Part shown: piece by piece, positions 25,691 through 38,625 of the stretch
Numbering within the stretch: the first letter of the stretch is position 1
How the letters are laid out: each line of letters starts with the position of its first letter
Assembly (NCBI RefSeq): GCF_004010195.1
Contig: NC_057718.1
Span: 5,292,325-5,356,324 of the forward strand
Length of the DNA: 64,000 bases
Reading direction: 5' to 3'
Source: Chiloscyllium plagiosum
Taxonomy: Eukaryota
Notes under the pieces: model-generated
Told to the model about the DNA's origin: nothing
The model's input: only the letters and a program-made list of their open reading frames with translations
Databases searched by the model: none
Translations under genes and position numbers: made by a program

Positions 25691-25959
25691 TGCTAGGTTT
25701 TTGTTCTGCTCTTGGCAGGACGTAAGGGATTAAAAAAAAACCCCAAAATAACAGAGCGCTGTCGATTCAAAACTTCAGCAGATCCTCAGATGAGAGAAGT
25801 GTGACGCCTGTCGTGGCCAGTGCAATGCTCTGGATGAATTGAACCCACTCGAGGCAGCAGTAGAGAGAAGCTCAACGTTCCTCACGCTATTTGCAAAGGG
25901 GACACTGTGGGTCTCTGGGCCCCCGGGCCGTCTGAAGCAGTGGCTGATCTATCTCCTCT

Positions 25960-26160
25960 TTGCCTGATCCCTTTTTTTATTCTGGCTGTGATTCGCCGTT
26001 TTATTGGAGGAGGGGGGGGGGGGGGGGAGGGGGTTGACGTCAACCCCTCCCTTCGCCTGTGATTGGAGGGTTGGCGCCAGCACCTGGTCACAGTGTCAGG
26101 TACAGGTAAGAGTTGAGGACCAAGGTGCCGCTGCGCTGTCCACGGTGCTGAAACGGCTCA
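25960..26160 (-). promoter_or_regulatory. Putative oprm1 proximal promoter (CCAAT x2, poly-C tract, CRE palindrome, RE1)
   Basis: CpG-containing unique sequence about 270-470 bp upstream of the ATG. ATTGG at 26003 and 26062 (CCAAT on the gene strand), G-run 26006-26033, TGACGTCA at 26035-26042. Confidence 0.7.
26132..26152 (-). promoter_or_regulatory. REST/NRSF binding site (RE1/NRSE)
   Basis: Minus strand TTCAGCACCGTGGACAGCGCA versus consensus TTCAGCACCnnGGACAGCGCC. Both half-sites are intact with the canonical 2-nt spacer. Confidence 0.88.
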
Positions 26161-26814
26161 GGCTGCAATGCAACTGGGGGCGAGGTCACTGAATCGTCGG
26201 GAAGCTACTGGATCGAGTTTAAAGACACAGGACAGACAGAGAGAGAGAGAGAGGAGCTAAACGAAAGGGTCCCCAGCACCAGCTCAGTCCCATGATGCTT
26301 GAGAAGTTAGCCTTTGATACAGCCTTTGAGATGCATTCGTCAGAGAGGTGGAGATTCAATGGAATCATAGCCATTGGAATGGGTGTTCAGTTGAAACTGA
26401 CGCACAGTTGGGTAACTGGGAAAGAGTTTAATTATGTTGAAGACATTTTCTGCCACAATTACAGACACGGTCATTTCATGGTGATATGTGGGTTAGTGTG
26501 TTTAGTAGCTGGTCCTTGGGCAGGCTTCCCTCTGTAGCCATTCACCAGGACATTTTCACAGGAACAATATTCAATAAACGCGAGTTCTACAGATTTTCCT
26601 TTATGAATCCTTGGGATGTGTGGTGATTACAGTTTTGAGAAGATTGCTCTAGTTCATAATCGTTCACTGCTGTGCATTGTTGTACCCCAAACAGTCCTGA
26701 ACAGAGTGGTGCAGGATCTGTAACTTGCAGGTCATTAAACTGTTATGCAAAGTAAATGCAAGGAACTTGTTTCTTTGAGAGATGTAAACCATCTGAGTTC
26801 TAAGAGAATTGATG

Positions 26815-27260
26815 GAAGACTGGCATTTTTACAGCATCTTATAGTGACTCAGGACATCCCAAAACATTTCTCAATCATGGATGTCTATTTAGTATGTAGT
26901 CACTGTTGGAATGAAGGAACCATTGCAGTCAATTCATAGCAAGGTCCGACAAGCATTAGTGAGATGATGACCAATTCTTTTGCTTTTAGTGACGTTGATT
27001 GAACAATAATTATTGGTTATGATGCACAAAAAACACTCCACTGCTGTGACTGAAATAACCTTAGATCATTTGTATTCACCTCTAATAGCAGATAGTGTCT
27101 TGTTTGCATGTTGTACCTGAAAAGCAGAACTTCGGTGGTTGAGCACTGCCTGTGTCAAACTAAGTAATATGATCAAGCTTGTGGAGTGGAATCTGAACGG
27201 AACAACCTTCTGACTCAGACACTGCAACATTATCCACCAAACTGTTGACAACACAGCATG
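26815..27260 (-). mobile_element. Old Deu-domain-like SINE
   Basis: Reverse complement resembles the family seen at 36680-37000 (acagtgactac...gggatgtcctgag...tgtaaaaatgccagtc tail). Confidence 0.5.
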
Positions 27261-27732
27261 ATGGGTTACTCACCCCCTCCCCCCCATACTCAGTGACATG
27301 CTTCTTTTATTTCTACGTGCTCAGTAATCTGCTATGGACTACCCACATTTCTTGATACCTTTTAGATTTCTCTGTTGTAAATGTCCATCCTGAGATGGTT
27401 AAAGGAATCTTTGACTTCCTTAGGCAACCTCAGTGACAGGCATCAGCCAAAAGGGTGCAAATAAATTCTCCTTCTTGACCTGAGATAGTTCTGAAGACTG
27501 AGAATGAATCATTTTATGCGGGGAGAGAGGAAGACAGCATTGCTAAGCCATATAACCCATTTAGCCTCATTCTAATGGTGCTTGCCATTAAAAGCAAGTA
27601 GAGAATTCTGAAAGACATCTGCTACCTTCTATCGCATACTTAACGTCTTTGAAACTGGATGATTGGTAACTTATTGTGTAGAGTTTTGTTCCATTTATCT
27701 TTCGAACTCTACTCTCTTTTTGATGTTGACGA

Positions 27733-28046
27733 TAGATTAGATTCCCTACAGTGTGGAAGCAGACCCTTTGGCCCAACAAGTCCACACCAACCCTCCGAAG
27801 AGTATCCCACCCAGATCCGCTACCCTCTGACTAATGCACTTATAGCTATTGGCAACTTAGTATGGCCAATTCACCTGACCTGAACATCTTTGGACTGTGG
27901 GAGGAAACCGGAGCACCCAGAGAAAACCCAAGCAGACACAGGGAGAATGTGCAAACTCCACACTGACAGTCACTCAAGGCTGGAATTGGACCTGGGACCT
28001 GGTGCTGTGAGGCAGCAGTGCTAACCACTGAGCCACTGTGCTGTCC
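27733..28046 (-). mobile_element. HE1-like tRNA-derived SINE, full length
   Basis: tggctcagtggttagcactgctgcctcacagc head with A/B boxes on the minus strand; (aatct) tail. Confidence 0.88.
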
Positions 28047-28179
28047 AATTGGAAAAGGAACCAGAGGGGAGATGAGCAGATTTTCTTTTAAGTATTGAGT
28101 TATTGTGATCTGGAATGCACTTGTTGTAAAAGGACAGTGGATGCAGATTCAATAGTAATGGTTAACAACAAATTACAGA

Positions 28180-30415
28180 CAGGCAACTGTGGGGTGAATG
28201 CAGGAGTACTTTGGGGCCGATGGTCATGATTCTATTAATTTTAAAATAGTGAAAGAAAAGGAAAGACCGGATGTATAAGTTAAAGTTCTAAGTTGGAAGA
28301 AGGCCAATTTTAATGGTATCAGGCAAGAACTTTAAAACGTTGATTGGGGGAGAATATTTGCAGGTAAATGGATAGCTGGAAAATTGGTAACCTTCAAAAC
28401 TAAGATAATGAGAGTTGAGAGACCAGTATGTTCCTGTTAGAGTGAAGGGCAAAGCTGGTAGGTGTAGAAAATGCTGGATAATGAGAGAAATTAAAATGAA
28501 GAAAGCATATGTCAGTTATGGAGAACCGAGATCGAGTGAATCCCGAGAAGAGTATAAAGGCAGTAGAAGTATACTTGAGAGGGAAATCAGAAGGACAATA
28601 AGGGGATATGAGATAGATTTGACCAATAGGGTTAAGGAGTTTCAGGTCAAAGGAGTATCGAGGCAGAGAATAGGGCGTTTTAAAGATCAGCAAGGCTGAC
28701 TACGTGTGGAACTGTGAGAGATGGGAGAGGTAATAAATGAGTATTTTGTGTCAGTATTTACTGTGGAGAAGGATATGAAAGGTAGAGAACTTGGAGAAAT
28801 AATTAGCAAGATTTTGAAAAATGTCCATATTACAGAGGAGGACGTATTGAAAGTCTTAAACCACATAAAGGTGGTTAAATCCCCGAGGTCTGATCATGTG
28901 TAGCCTAAAATTCTGTGGGAAGCTAGGGGAATTATTGCAGGGTCCCTTGCTGAGATGTTTGAATCATTGCTAGCCACAGGTGAGGTGTTGGAAGACTGGA
29001 GGTTGCCTAACGTGGTTCCACTATTTAGGAAAGGTGGTAAGGAAAAACTCGGCATTATAGACTGGTGAGCCTGGTGTCAGTGGTGAGCAAGTTTTTAGAG
29101 AGGATGCTAAGGGATAGGATTTACATGTATTTGGAAAGGCAAGGACTGACTAAGGATAGTCAGCTTGGCTTTGTGCATGGGAAATCCTGTCTCATGAACT
29201 TGATTCAGTTTTTTTGAGGAAGTAATGAAGAGGATTAATGAGGGCAGAATAGAGGATGTGATCTTTATGAACTTCATTAAGGCATTCAAGAAGATTCTGC
29301 AAGGTAGACTAGTTAGCAAGATTGTGTCACATGGAATACAGGGAGAACTAGCCAGAACTAGGCTGAAGGTAGAAGATAGAGGGTGGTAGTGGAGGATTGC
29401 TTATCAGACTAGAGGCCTGTGACCAGTGGTATGCCACAAAGATTGGTGTTGGGTCCACTGCTTGTCGTCATGTAAATAAATGATTTGGATGTGAACATAG
29501 GAAGTATGGTTTGTAAGTTGTCAGCTGACACCAAAATTGGTGATGTAGTGGCCAGTGAAGGTTACCGCAGAGTTCAATGGGAGCTTGATCAGATGGGCCA
29601 ATAGGCCGAGGAATGGCAGATGGAATTTACTTTAGGTAAATGTGAGGTGCTGCATTTTGGGAAGGCAAGTCAGTGTAGGACTTATACACTGAATGGTAAA
29701 GTTCTGAGGAGTGTTGCTGGGCAATGAGACCGTGGTGTGCATGTTCATAGTCCCTTGAAAGTGGAGTTGCAGGTAGACAGGATAGTGAAGAAGGTGGTTG
29801 GTATGCTCACCTTTATGAATCAGTGCATTGAGTATAGGAGTTGGGAGGTCATGCTGAGAGTGTACAGGGCATTGGACAGGCCATTTTTGGAATACTGCGT
29901 GCAATTATGGTCTTCCTCCTATAAGAAGGATGCTGTGAAAATTGAAATGGTTCAGAAACGATTTACCAGGATGTTGCCAGATTTGGAGGGTTTGAGCTAT
30001 AGGGAGAGGCTGAATAGGTGGTAGGGTTGTTTTCCTTAGAGTCTCAGAGGCTGAGGGGTGACCTTATAGAGGTTTATAAAATCATGAGGGGCATGGATTG
30101 GGTGAATAGACAAGGTCTTTTCTCCAGGGTGGGTGAGTCCAGAACTGGAAAGCATGTTTAAGGTGAGAGGGGAAAGATTTAAAAGGGATCTGTGACCAAT
30201 TTTTCATCCAGAGGGTGGAACTGCCAGAGGAAATGGTGGAGGCTGGTACAATTACAACATTTAAAAGGTAACTGGATGGGAATATAAATAGGAATGGTTT
30301 AGAGATATATGGGCCAAATGCTGGCAAATGGGACAAGATTAATTTAGGATATCTGGTCAACATGAACAAGTTGGACCAAAGAGTATGTTTCCATGCTAGA
30401 CAGCTCCATGGCTCA
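28180..30415 (+). mobile_element. Degenerate CR1 LINE ORF2
   Basis: Colinear with 9430-11650; YVPVRVKGK, NEYFVSVFT, LEYCVQLWS remnants with many stops. Confidence 0.9.
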
Positions 30416-30579
30416 ATATTTATAAAGCAAATTTTAACACAATGAAATTCCCCAAGGTACTTCTGAAGAGGATTATGAAGTAAAATTTGACACAAATTCA
30501 CCTAAGAAGAAATTAGGGCAAATTAATAAAATGTGGATCAAAGAAGTAAACATTAAGCAACAAGTTAAAGAAGATTTCA

Positions 30580-31400
30580 CCTGGAAAGGTGGCAGTGAGC
30601 TGTCCTCTTGAACTACTGTAGTTCATTTGATGTACATAAATCCAAAATGCTGTCAGGGTTGTGTTACTGAATGGTGATAAATTCCCAAGTCAAGATGGTG
30701 GGAGACTTGAAGTGGAAATTGCATGTGCTGGCTAAGGAACCTTGGTGAAGTTCTGCAGTGTATCATGTGGATGGTACACACTGGTGCAGAGTGCCAGTGA
30801 TGAAAGGAGTGATTGTGTGTGGATGTGGTACTAATCAAGTGGGCTGCTTTGTCCTGGTGGTGTAAAGCTTCTTGAGTGTTGTTGGAGTTTAACTTGCCCA
30901 GGCAAGTGGGAAATATTCCATCACACACCTGGCTTGTGCCTTGTAGATGGTGGACAGGCTTGCTGCTGGCTTCTTAATCTCTGTCCTACTCTTGTATCCA
31001 CTGAATTTGAATGGTTAGTTCAGTTCAATTTCTAGTCAATGTTTCTCGTCAACGTAGATGCTCGTCATGAAGAATTCAGAGATGGTAGCACCATTGAAGG
31101 TCTAAGAATGATTGTTAACTCTTCTCCTGTTGGAGATGATCATTATCTGGTACTTGAGAGGTGAGACTGTTGCATGCCACTTGTCAGCCCAAACCTGGCT
31201 TCTATCGAGTTCTTGCTGTATATGGACATAGACTGCTTCAATATCTGATGAGTCATAAGTGGTGCTGAACATTTTGAAATTTTTAGTGAACATTGCCACT
31301 CTGACCTTATAATGGAGGGAAGGTCATTGATGAAGCAGATGAAGACTGTTAGGCCAAGGACTCCTCTCTTCAGCTGCTTCATCAATGACATTTCCGACTG
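30580..31400 (-). mobile_element. Old CR1/L2-clade LINE fragment
   Basis: FICFINDLPSIIRS RT remnant; same family as 22125-24356. Confidence 0.65.
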
Positions 31401-34137
31401 AGTGGATTCATCAAAAATGTCTTTCAAATTTCTGCCAAAGCGAAGATGGAGCAGACTGGCAGACAGTATCATTCTATGACCAGAAATTTATCAGGGTTAG
31501 CTCATTTGCAATATGAGATGTAAAGATCTTCTTTGCATCCACTTGAAGAGGAGAAAGAAGTTCAGTGGTAGTTAGTGATTGGCCACAAATGCTGACCTTG
31601 GCAGTAATATCCACATCCCATGACTGAGAAAAATATCACATTCTCACACTAGAATTTGTGCTTTATTATTGTTTTAACTAGACCTATTTGTCACTGACAA
31701 AAGTTATATGGCTGAAACACTGCCTTTCTGGAGAAGTTCAAAATGAAAAATATTAAGTGTGAGGCTCAACCAATCTACACAATGCATTGTTAATTTGTAC
31801 AGAACCCAATAATTTTTAATGGAGCAAGTCTGACTTTGGTCAGAGGGAGCTGGAGGTTGGATGCATCAGTTTCATAGCAAAACATTTCCTTTCAATCTTC
31901 CAATTTTGGGTAAATTTGTTTTGAACCTTGGTAAGATCATAGTTTTGGTCTCTACATTACAAAATGTTTACAACCATTTAGTTAATGGGTTTTAGTTCAC
32001 ACATTGACTAGGCCAGTATTTATTATCCATCCATGATTACCCAGAGGGCAGTTAAGAGTCAACCACATTGCTGTGGGTCTGGAGTCACATGTCGTTCAGA
32101 TCAGATAAGTATGGTAGGTTTCCTTCTCTAACAGGGATTAATAAACCAGATAGGATTTTATGACAATTGCCATTAGGTCATCTTTCTATTGATTTTATTG
32201 AATTTGAATTTACCATCTTCCATGGTGGAATTTCCACCCATGTTTTCAGGACTTTAGTTTGGGATTCTGGACCTCTGGTCCAGTGGCATTATCATTTCAC
32301 TATTACCTCCCCTATCCATAGGACTATTGGAATAGAAGGTGGTTTTTCAATACCAATGCCTTTAGCTTGCCATCAGTTAGATTGTGGAGAAGCTGAATCA
32401 CAACTGCATTTTTAATCCATATTGTATCTCTTAATACCCTTGCCTAGCAAAATATAAAGTGTCTTAGTTTTAATTTTAGTTTCACTTTTACGCCTCCATC
32501 TCTAAGAGGGTTTGAGGAGAGAATCTCCAAGATTTCCACTAATCCTTTTGGACTGAGGAAGTGCTTCCTGATCTCAACCCTACACCCCACCCCACCAGCC
32601 CTCCCACCCCTCCCACCACCCATGGGATGTCTCTCTATCAATTCTGCCACTTCCTTCAATAAAAACCTCAAGTAGTCACCCTTTACCCTGTACACGTACA
32701 TACTTTTCAGTTTCTGTAATCTATGCTTGAACAGATGAAATTGGCCTGGGTCTATTGCAGACACAGGCTGAATTTCTGCAAATTTTTTCATGGGATGTTG
32801 ATGTCATGGGCAAGACTGGAATTTGTTTTTGTTTTTGCCATGATTAATTGCTATTCCTGGTGAATTTGGAAATTGTTTCACATCATGCCTGGTGCTTTTC
32901 CTCAATTCTCATAATTGAAGTAGATAATTTAATCTCTTTTGGTCTGTCTCAAGCAGTTTTATTGCCAACTATATACCAGGTTGTTAATCTCTGCTGGTTC
33001 AGGGTCATTGGTACTTTACAAGTATACAGCTCCTCTAACATAATTCCAAAAGACTGATAACAAAGAAGGCCGAGCTAGGTTGGAGGGGTTGGGTGTACGG
33101 GATTTATCCAGTCACTCTCCAACTGGTATCCCACATAAATATTGACCAAGATGTCAAGGATAATCTCCTATAATGAAACAAAGGACTGTGGATACTGGAG
33201 AACTGAAACAAAACAGAAATTGTTGGAGAAACCCAGCAAGTCTGTCAGTGTCTGTGGGAAGAAAGCAGAGTTCAACTTATCAATCCAGTGACTCTTCATT
33301 AGGAAGGATGGTCTACTGTTCTTCTTGAGATAGTGCTACTTAAGGTAGCTGTTGAGCTATTAATTCAACATCTGTTTGAAAAGACTGCACTTCTGACCAT
33401 CAGTTCTCCCTCAGTTTTACACTTGACTTACATCCTGGAATTTAATACAAATGTTTTGATTTTTTTGTACAATTTAAATATGCACTTTCTGACTTGGAGG
33501 TAAGAGTGTTACCCACTGTGTCAATTAATCATTATTCATATGGATGCTTGGATACTGATTGTTGCTGAGTTATCTGGGTTGTCTGTGAAATTCATTATTT
33601 TTTCATACATTCTTGCACATGTGCACTTTTCTCACTGAAAATAGCTATTGAAACAAGATCATTGTCTGATTTTATTTCCCATTCCTTTATTATCATTGGC
33701 CAGTAGAAATTAATTTTAAATTCCCAGCAAGGATTGACAAACTGCTTGCAAGTTGTTGTCAGTTATGTGAATCTTTCTGATTTATGCAATCCATCATCTC
33801 ACTGGATAATATGCTATCATGAAATGGGGGAGGGAGGGGTAGGGGTCCCTAAAAATTTTACATCCTTTTAAATAATAATCATGCTTTATCAGTATTGAAT
33901 GCGCTGTTAGCCAATTCTGAATCATTTGAATATAGTCACGTTTCTCACTATGCATCTAATTCCATTTTTGTTTTACAAGTATATGAATCACTTTAACAAT
34001 TTCTTTAACATGTTGAAACATTCAGATTAAAGTGTAATTTTGCAGTATGATGTCAGTGTAAGGAAATTTAATAACTGAGGTGCCCATTTATCTAAGCTGC
34101 ATTTTCAGAAAAAAAGATTACAAAGTGTTTTTAAAAA

Positions 34138-34780
34138 TGATTTGGAGGAGCAGATGTTGGCCTGGGTGTACAGAGTAAAAAATCGCACATCAGGTTATAG
34201 TCCAACAGGTTTATTTGGAAACACTAGCTTTCAGAGTGCTGTTCCTTCTGACAATCACCTGATGAAGGAGCAGCGCTCCGAAAGCTAGTGCTTCCAAATA
34301 AACCTGTTGGACTATAACCTGGTTCTGGATGTAGGTTTACTCGCTGAGCTGGAAGGTTCCGTTTCAGACGTTTCATCACATTACTAGGTAACATCGTCAG
34401 TGAGCCTCTGGATGAAGCACTGCTAATGATCCTGCTTTCTATTTATATGTTTGGGCTTCTTTCTGTTGGTGATGTCATAGATCTATCAACAAACACATTG
34501 AACTGGACCCCATTTACCACCCCTGAGAAAAAGAACGGGAAATGACATCACCACAGGAAGCGACATCAAAAACCCAAAGAAACCCAAACATATAAACAGA
34601 AAGCAGGAATCATCAGCAGTACTTCATCCAGAGGCTCACTAATGATGTCACCTAGTATGGTGATGAAACATTTGAAAATGAACATTCCAGTTCAGTAAGC
34701 AAACTTACATCCACAACCTCAAACTGAGTGACAAATCTTCTCAAAACCCATTAACTATAACCTGGTGTTGTGTAATGCTT
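34138..34780. mobile_element. Family B element containing a nested family C palindromic element (about 34324-34752)
   Basis: The family B arm is interrupted and resumes after a duplicated actataacctggt. The inner element has long inverted arms (ggatgtaggtttactcgctgagctggaagg... / ...ccagttcagtaagcaaacttacatcc). Confidence 0.78.
34256..34290 (+). ncRNA. Minimal type-I hammerhead ribozyme motif (family B)
   Basis: CAC CTGATGA A GGAGC AGC GCTCC GAAA GC TA GTG, identical to the minus-strand copy at 12058-12092. Confidence 0.75.
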
Positions 34781-36679
34781 TAAAAAAGTGAAGTTATTTC
34801 CTCAGGCCTACTTGCACTTCACTGATATGTCTATTGAATAATATTAAGACATTTGTTGTTATTCACCTTTAAAAAGAAGTCTAACATTTTCTAAATGACA
34901 GATGTTAAGCCACCCTTCGTATACTTATCTTTTTTTTGTCTCCTGTCTTGAATAATGGCGTCACGTTTGTGGTTTTCCAATCCTCTGAGACTTTTCCAGA
35001 ATAGGGATTCCTGAAGATTACTACCAGTGCATTCACTTTCTCTGCTGCTACTTTGTTTAGGATCCTAGAAAGCAAACCATTTAGATTGAGGGGTCTTATT
35101 GTCCTTTACATCCATTAGTTTTCCTAGTACTTTTTCCCTAGTGCTATTCATTGTCACTAAATTGTCACTTTAATTCAAACACCAGGGATTTTAAAGGCAT
35201 TGTTTTCATCATCAGCCACATTCTCTGTTTCCCTGACTGGACACTGTCACAACTGGAACCAGATCATTCACCTCATTATGGCCTCATATGTCAGACTGAG
35301 TTGAGCTTATCACATGGGGATTGGTGGTATTTGTATAATGTCACTGGGGCTAATGTCCAGACACTGAGGTCAAAGGCCTAGGAAACACACTCAGTAAATC
35401 TGGATTAGAAACCTAGTCTCAGTCCCAGGAAACAACCTAGTGATGCTTTGCTGTCTTTCATCCAAATACGCGTCATCTTCACAATGATCATTATCGTCAT
35501 TATCTATCCAGACCCTTTCCTTTTCAGTGAATTTTTATGGAGTTAGCTTTCAAGGTATTACCTCACTCTCCATCGCTCTCTCCCAAGTCATGGGGTCTGA
35601 TCTTCCCTCAGGCTACATTCAGTGCTGCTATTGAACCTTAATGTCTTCTTCAGTTCAGGTGTGAGATTCCAACACTATACCTAGTCAGTGGTGATGACTA
35701 CAGTGAAATTCTTTGTTCATGTTCATCTGTCTTCCTCCTTCATTGTAGGGCCTCTAATTCCCAGCTTTCTAGCGCTGATGATTGATTTCTGACACAACAT
35801 TTGGCGGTCTGTTCACCTCTACCATTCACAAACATTTACTACCATTCAGCTAAATTATTACTGTTATTGTCTAACCCTGCACTCACACAATGTCAAGACC
35901 TAGACTTCCCCAGTCCCTGCTTTTGACTTTAAAGCATTATATCCTTATTTTCAAGATTCTCTATGTCCTTGTTCCACCCAACCTAAGCAACCATTCTCAA
36001 GTTTCCTCCTTGTACTAGTATGTAGTTAACTCACCTGAACATTTTAATCTGACACCTCCTTACCGTGTGGTATTCTTTATACAATGTAAACTATTTGAAC
36101 CCCTCAAAGATATAAATTGGAGTGTGTGTACATTTGTTGCTTTACATCTATACTTTTCCTCAACACCTCTCATGACCTCAAATGCACTGCTTGAATATCC
36201 ACAATCTTTCTCTAAATAGCTTCTGAACCCTGAGCAATTCTTTTCATAATTTATGAAAAGAGAGAAAATAGGAATAGGGCAAAAGACATGAATAGTTATC
36301 ATGGAAACGCAAGTATCATAGCAACCAGAGCCATAGATACACATAGATACACTGGCAAAATCTGTAATGACAGGCATGCCACAGAGAAAATTGTTAACAA
36401 AGTCAATAATAACTTGGAAAAGTTAACAATATGAACAAATAAATATTAATTTTAAATCAATTTCTCAGTTGAAGGTTTATAATTAGATTCTTGTAGATTT
36501 TCTGTTCCTGAAATTTGTATCAATCAACAAGGAACTGATCCCTTTACAGGTTAGGTCGAATTCATGATTCTATTACTTCCTCAGGGTTAATAGTGCCATC
36601 AGTTTGTTAGGATGGCATTCCTTCTGGAGTTCTCAAAATTTTGTTAGGCGTTTCCCATGGTTCAAACAGCGCTCAGAGA

Positions 36680-37000
36680 TCTGACCCTTCTGTGCAGTAC
36701 TGAGAGTTTGCACTGTTGCATATGCCATTTTTCAGTGGGAATTTTAAATTGAAGTCCCTGCTACCCTCTCAGATGGATATTACTGATATCCTGCCTAATA
36801 TGTACTCCTTAAGCAAAATCACTGACAAAAAGCTCAGATAATCTGGACATTGTTACACTGCTGTTTCTGAGAATGTGCTGTGTGTAAATTGGCTGCCATG
36901 TTGCCCCCATTAAAACAGTGACTATGCTTAAAACGTATTTCATTGGCTGTAATTTACTTGAGGCACCCTGGATTTTAGATAAAAATTATATCAAGCTGTT
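36680..37000 (+). mobile_element. Deu-domain-like SINE (SacSINE1/AmnSINE1-like)
   Basis: tgcagtactgag...ctaccctctcagatgga...aaattggctgcc...acagtgacta...ttcattggctgtaa resembles the DeuSINE core and tail as I recall them. Related pieces at about 5500-5880, 21670-21990, 40680-40870 and 41270-41430. Confidence 0.55.
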
Positions 37001-37712
37001 GATAATAAATTATAATTAGATTTATTACCAATTTCATTACAATGTGTCCAAATATTAAATGAACTCAAATCTGTTTTTGCAATTGAAGCCTAAGAAAACA
37101 ACAAAACACACCATAGATTTTTTTCCTAATTATGAAAATTAAAATTTCAACTCATTTATTCAAGCATGTCACATTTAAGAGCCTGTAGTCAGGGCTGTTT
37201 ATCAGTTTTTAATGTGACATCTACAGATGCCAAGAAAATACTTTCAGTGAAACAGAAAACAGAGCTGCTTTTAGTTAGTGTAAATGAAGCAAGCAAGTGC
37301 TCAAAAAATTACATTGAAGTTATAAAGTATGTTGTGTTTGTTTGAAAAATTTATAGCAATTTGAAGAAAAATGTGGAGGAAGTTCTATTTCAATAATCTT
37401 GCAGATAACTTTGCCTCACAAATGTTGGACTGTTCTAATGGGTAAAGGTTCCTTTGCCTGGAGGACTAGAGAGGAGATTAGAACAACTCATCGAAATCAG
37501 GTGCATTGTATTGCTCCTGTATGCAAAATTTGGCTGTCTGTTCACTGGCGCACAATTTGGGTTTTCAGCATTTGGTTTACCTACATCAAGTGGGCTTCAG
37601 CTGTTCAAGAATGCAGCTTACTGCCACCTTCTTAAGAGTAATTAGGGATGGGCAACAAATGCTAGTCCAGCTAGGAATGCCCATATTCCTTAAACAAAAG
37701 TAAAATACAGCA

Positions 37713-38020
37713 GGCGGCACGGTGGCACAGTGGTTAGCACTGCTGCCTCACAGCGCCAGAGACCCGGGTTCAATTCCCGACTCAGGCGACTGACTGTGTG
37801 GAGTTTGCACATTCTCCCCGTGTCTGCGTGGGTTTCCTCCGGGTGCTCCGGTTTCCTCCCACAGTCCAAAGATGTGCAGGTCAGGTGACTTGGCCATGCT
37901 AAATTGCCTATAATGTTAGGTAAAAGGGGTAAATGTAGGGGAATGGGTGGGTTGCACTTCGGCGGGTCGGTGTGGACTTGTTGGGCCGAAGGACCTGTTT
38001 CCACACTGTAAGTAATCTAA
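37713..38020 (+). mobile_element. HE1-like tRNA-derived SINE, full length and young
   Basis: A box TGGCACAGTGG 37723-37733, B box GGTTCAATTCC 37767-37777, CpGs retained. The 3' end (gttgggccgaagg.cctgtttcc) resembles the CR1 3' tail. Confidence 0.9.
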
Positions 38021-38119
38021 TTGAAAAAAAAATCTAATCAGGTTCATGCATTGCTGCTCATGTCGAGTGCTTCTCTGGGCAAAAATAGACAGGGAACCAT
38101 GGGTCAGTAGGGATCTCAC

Positions 38120-38625
38120 AATGTGCGTACAGTCTCGATCACATTCTAAGAAGGAATTAAATGCATTGGAGGTGGTTCAGAGGAGATTTATTAGATTAAT
38201 GCCTGCAATGGTTGGGTGATCTTCTGAGGAAAGGTTGGACAGACTGTGCTGATTTCCGGTAGTCTTTAGAAGAGTGAGAGATGACTTGATCAAAGTCTAT
38301 AAGATACTGAATGGTCTTGGCAAGGTGCATGTGGAAGGGATGTTACCTCTTGTGGATAAGTGTGAACTAGGGAGCATTGATTTAATATTTGGGGCCACTC
38401 CTTTAGGATAGTAATGATGTGAAAACTTTTCTTTCAGCTTTGGAATTCAGAAAGTGGTGAAGGTGGGTCATGAGGTGGAAGTTGATAGGTTCTTGTTAGT
38501 CAAAAGTCATCAGGGATAGATGAGAAAGTGTATTTGAGACATTAATAGATCTTATTCAATGGTGAAGCCGTTTTGAGGGATAAAATTGCTTGTTTCCAAT
38601 CTGCTTCCAATCTATACGTTTGTAT
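38120..38625 (+). mobile_element. Old CR1 3' fragment
   Basis: gcattggaggtggttcagaggagattt...gacttgatcaaagtctataagat motif. Confidence 0.65.

Noticed and set aside
37713..37790. tRNA gene
   Set aside because: The tRNA-like head continues into a SINE body found many times in the window.
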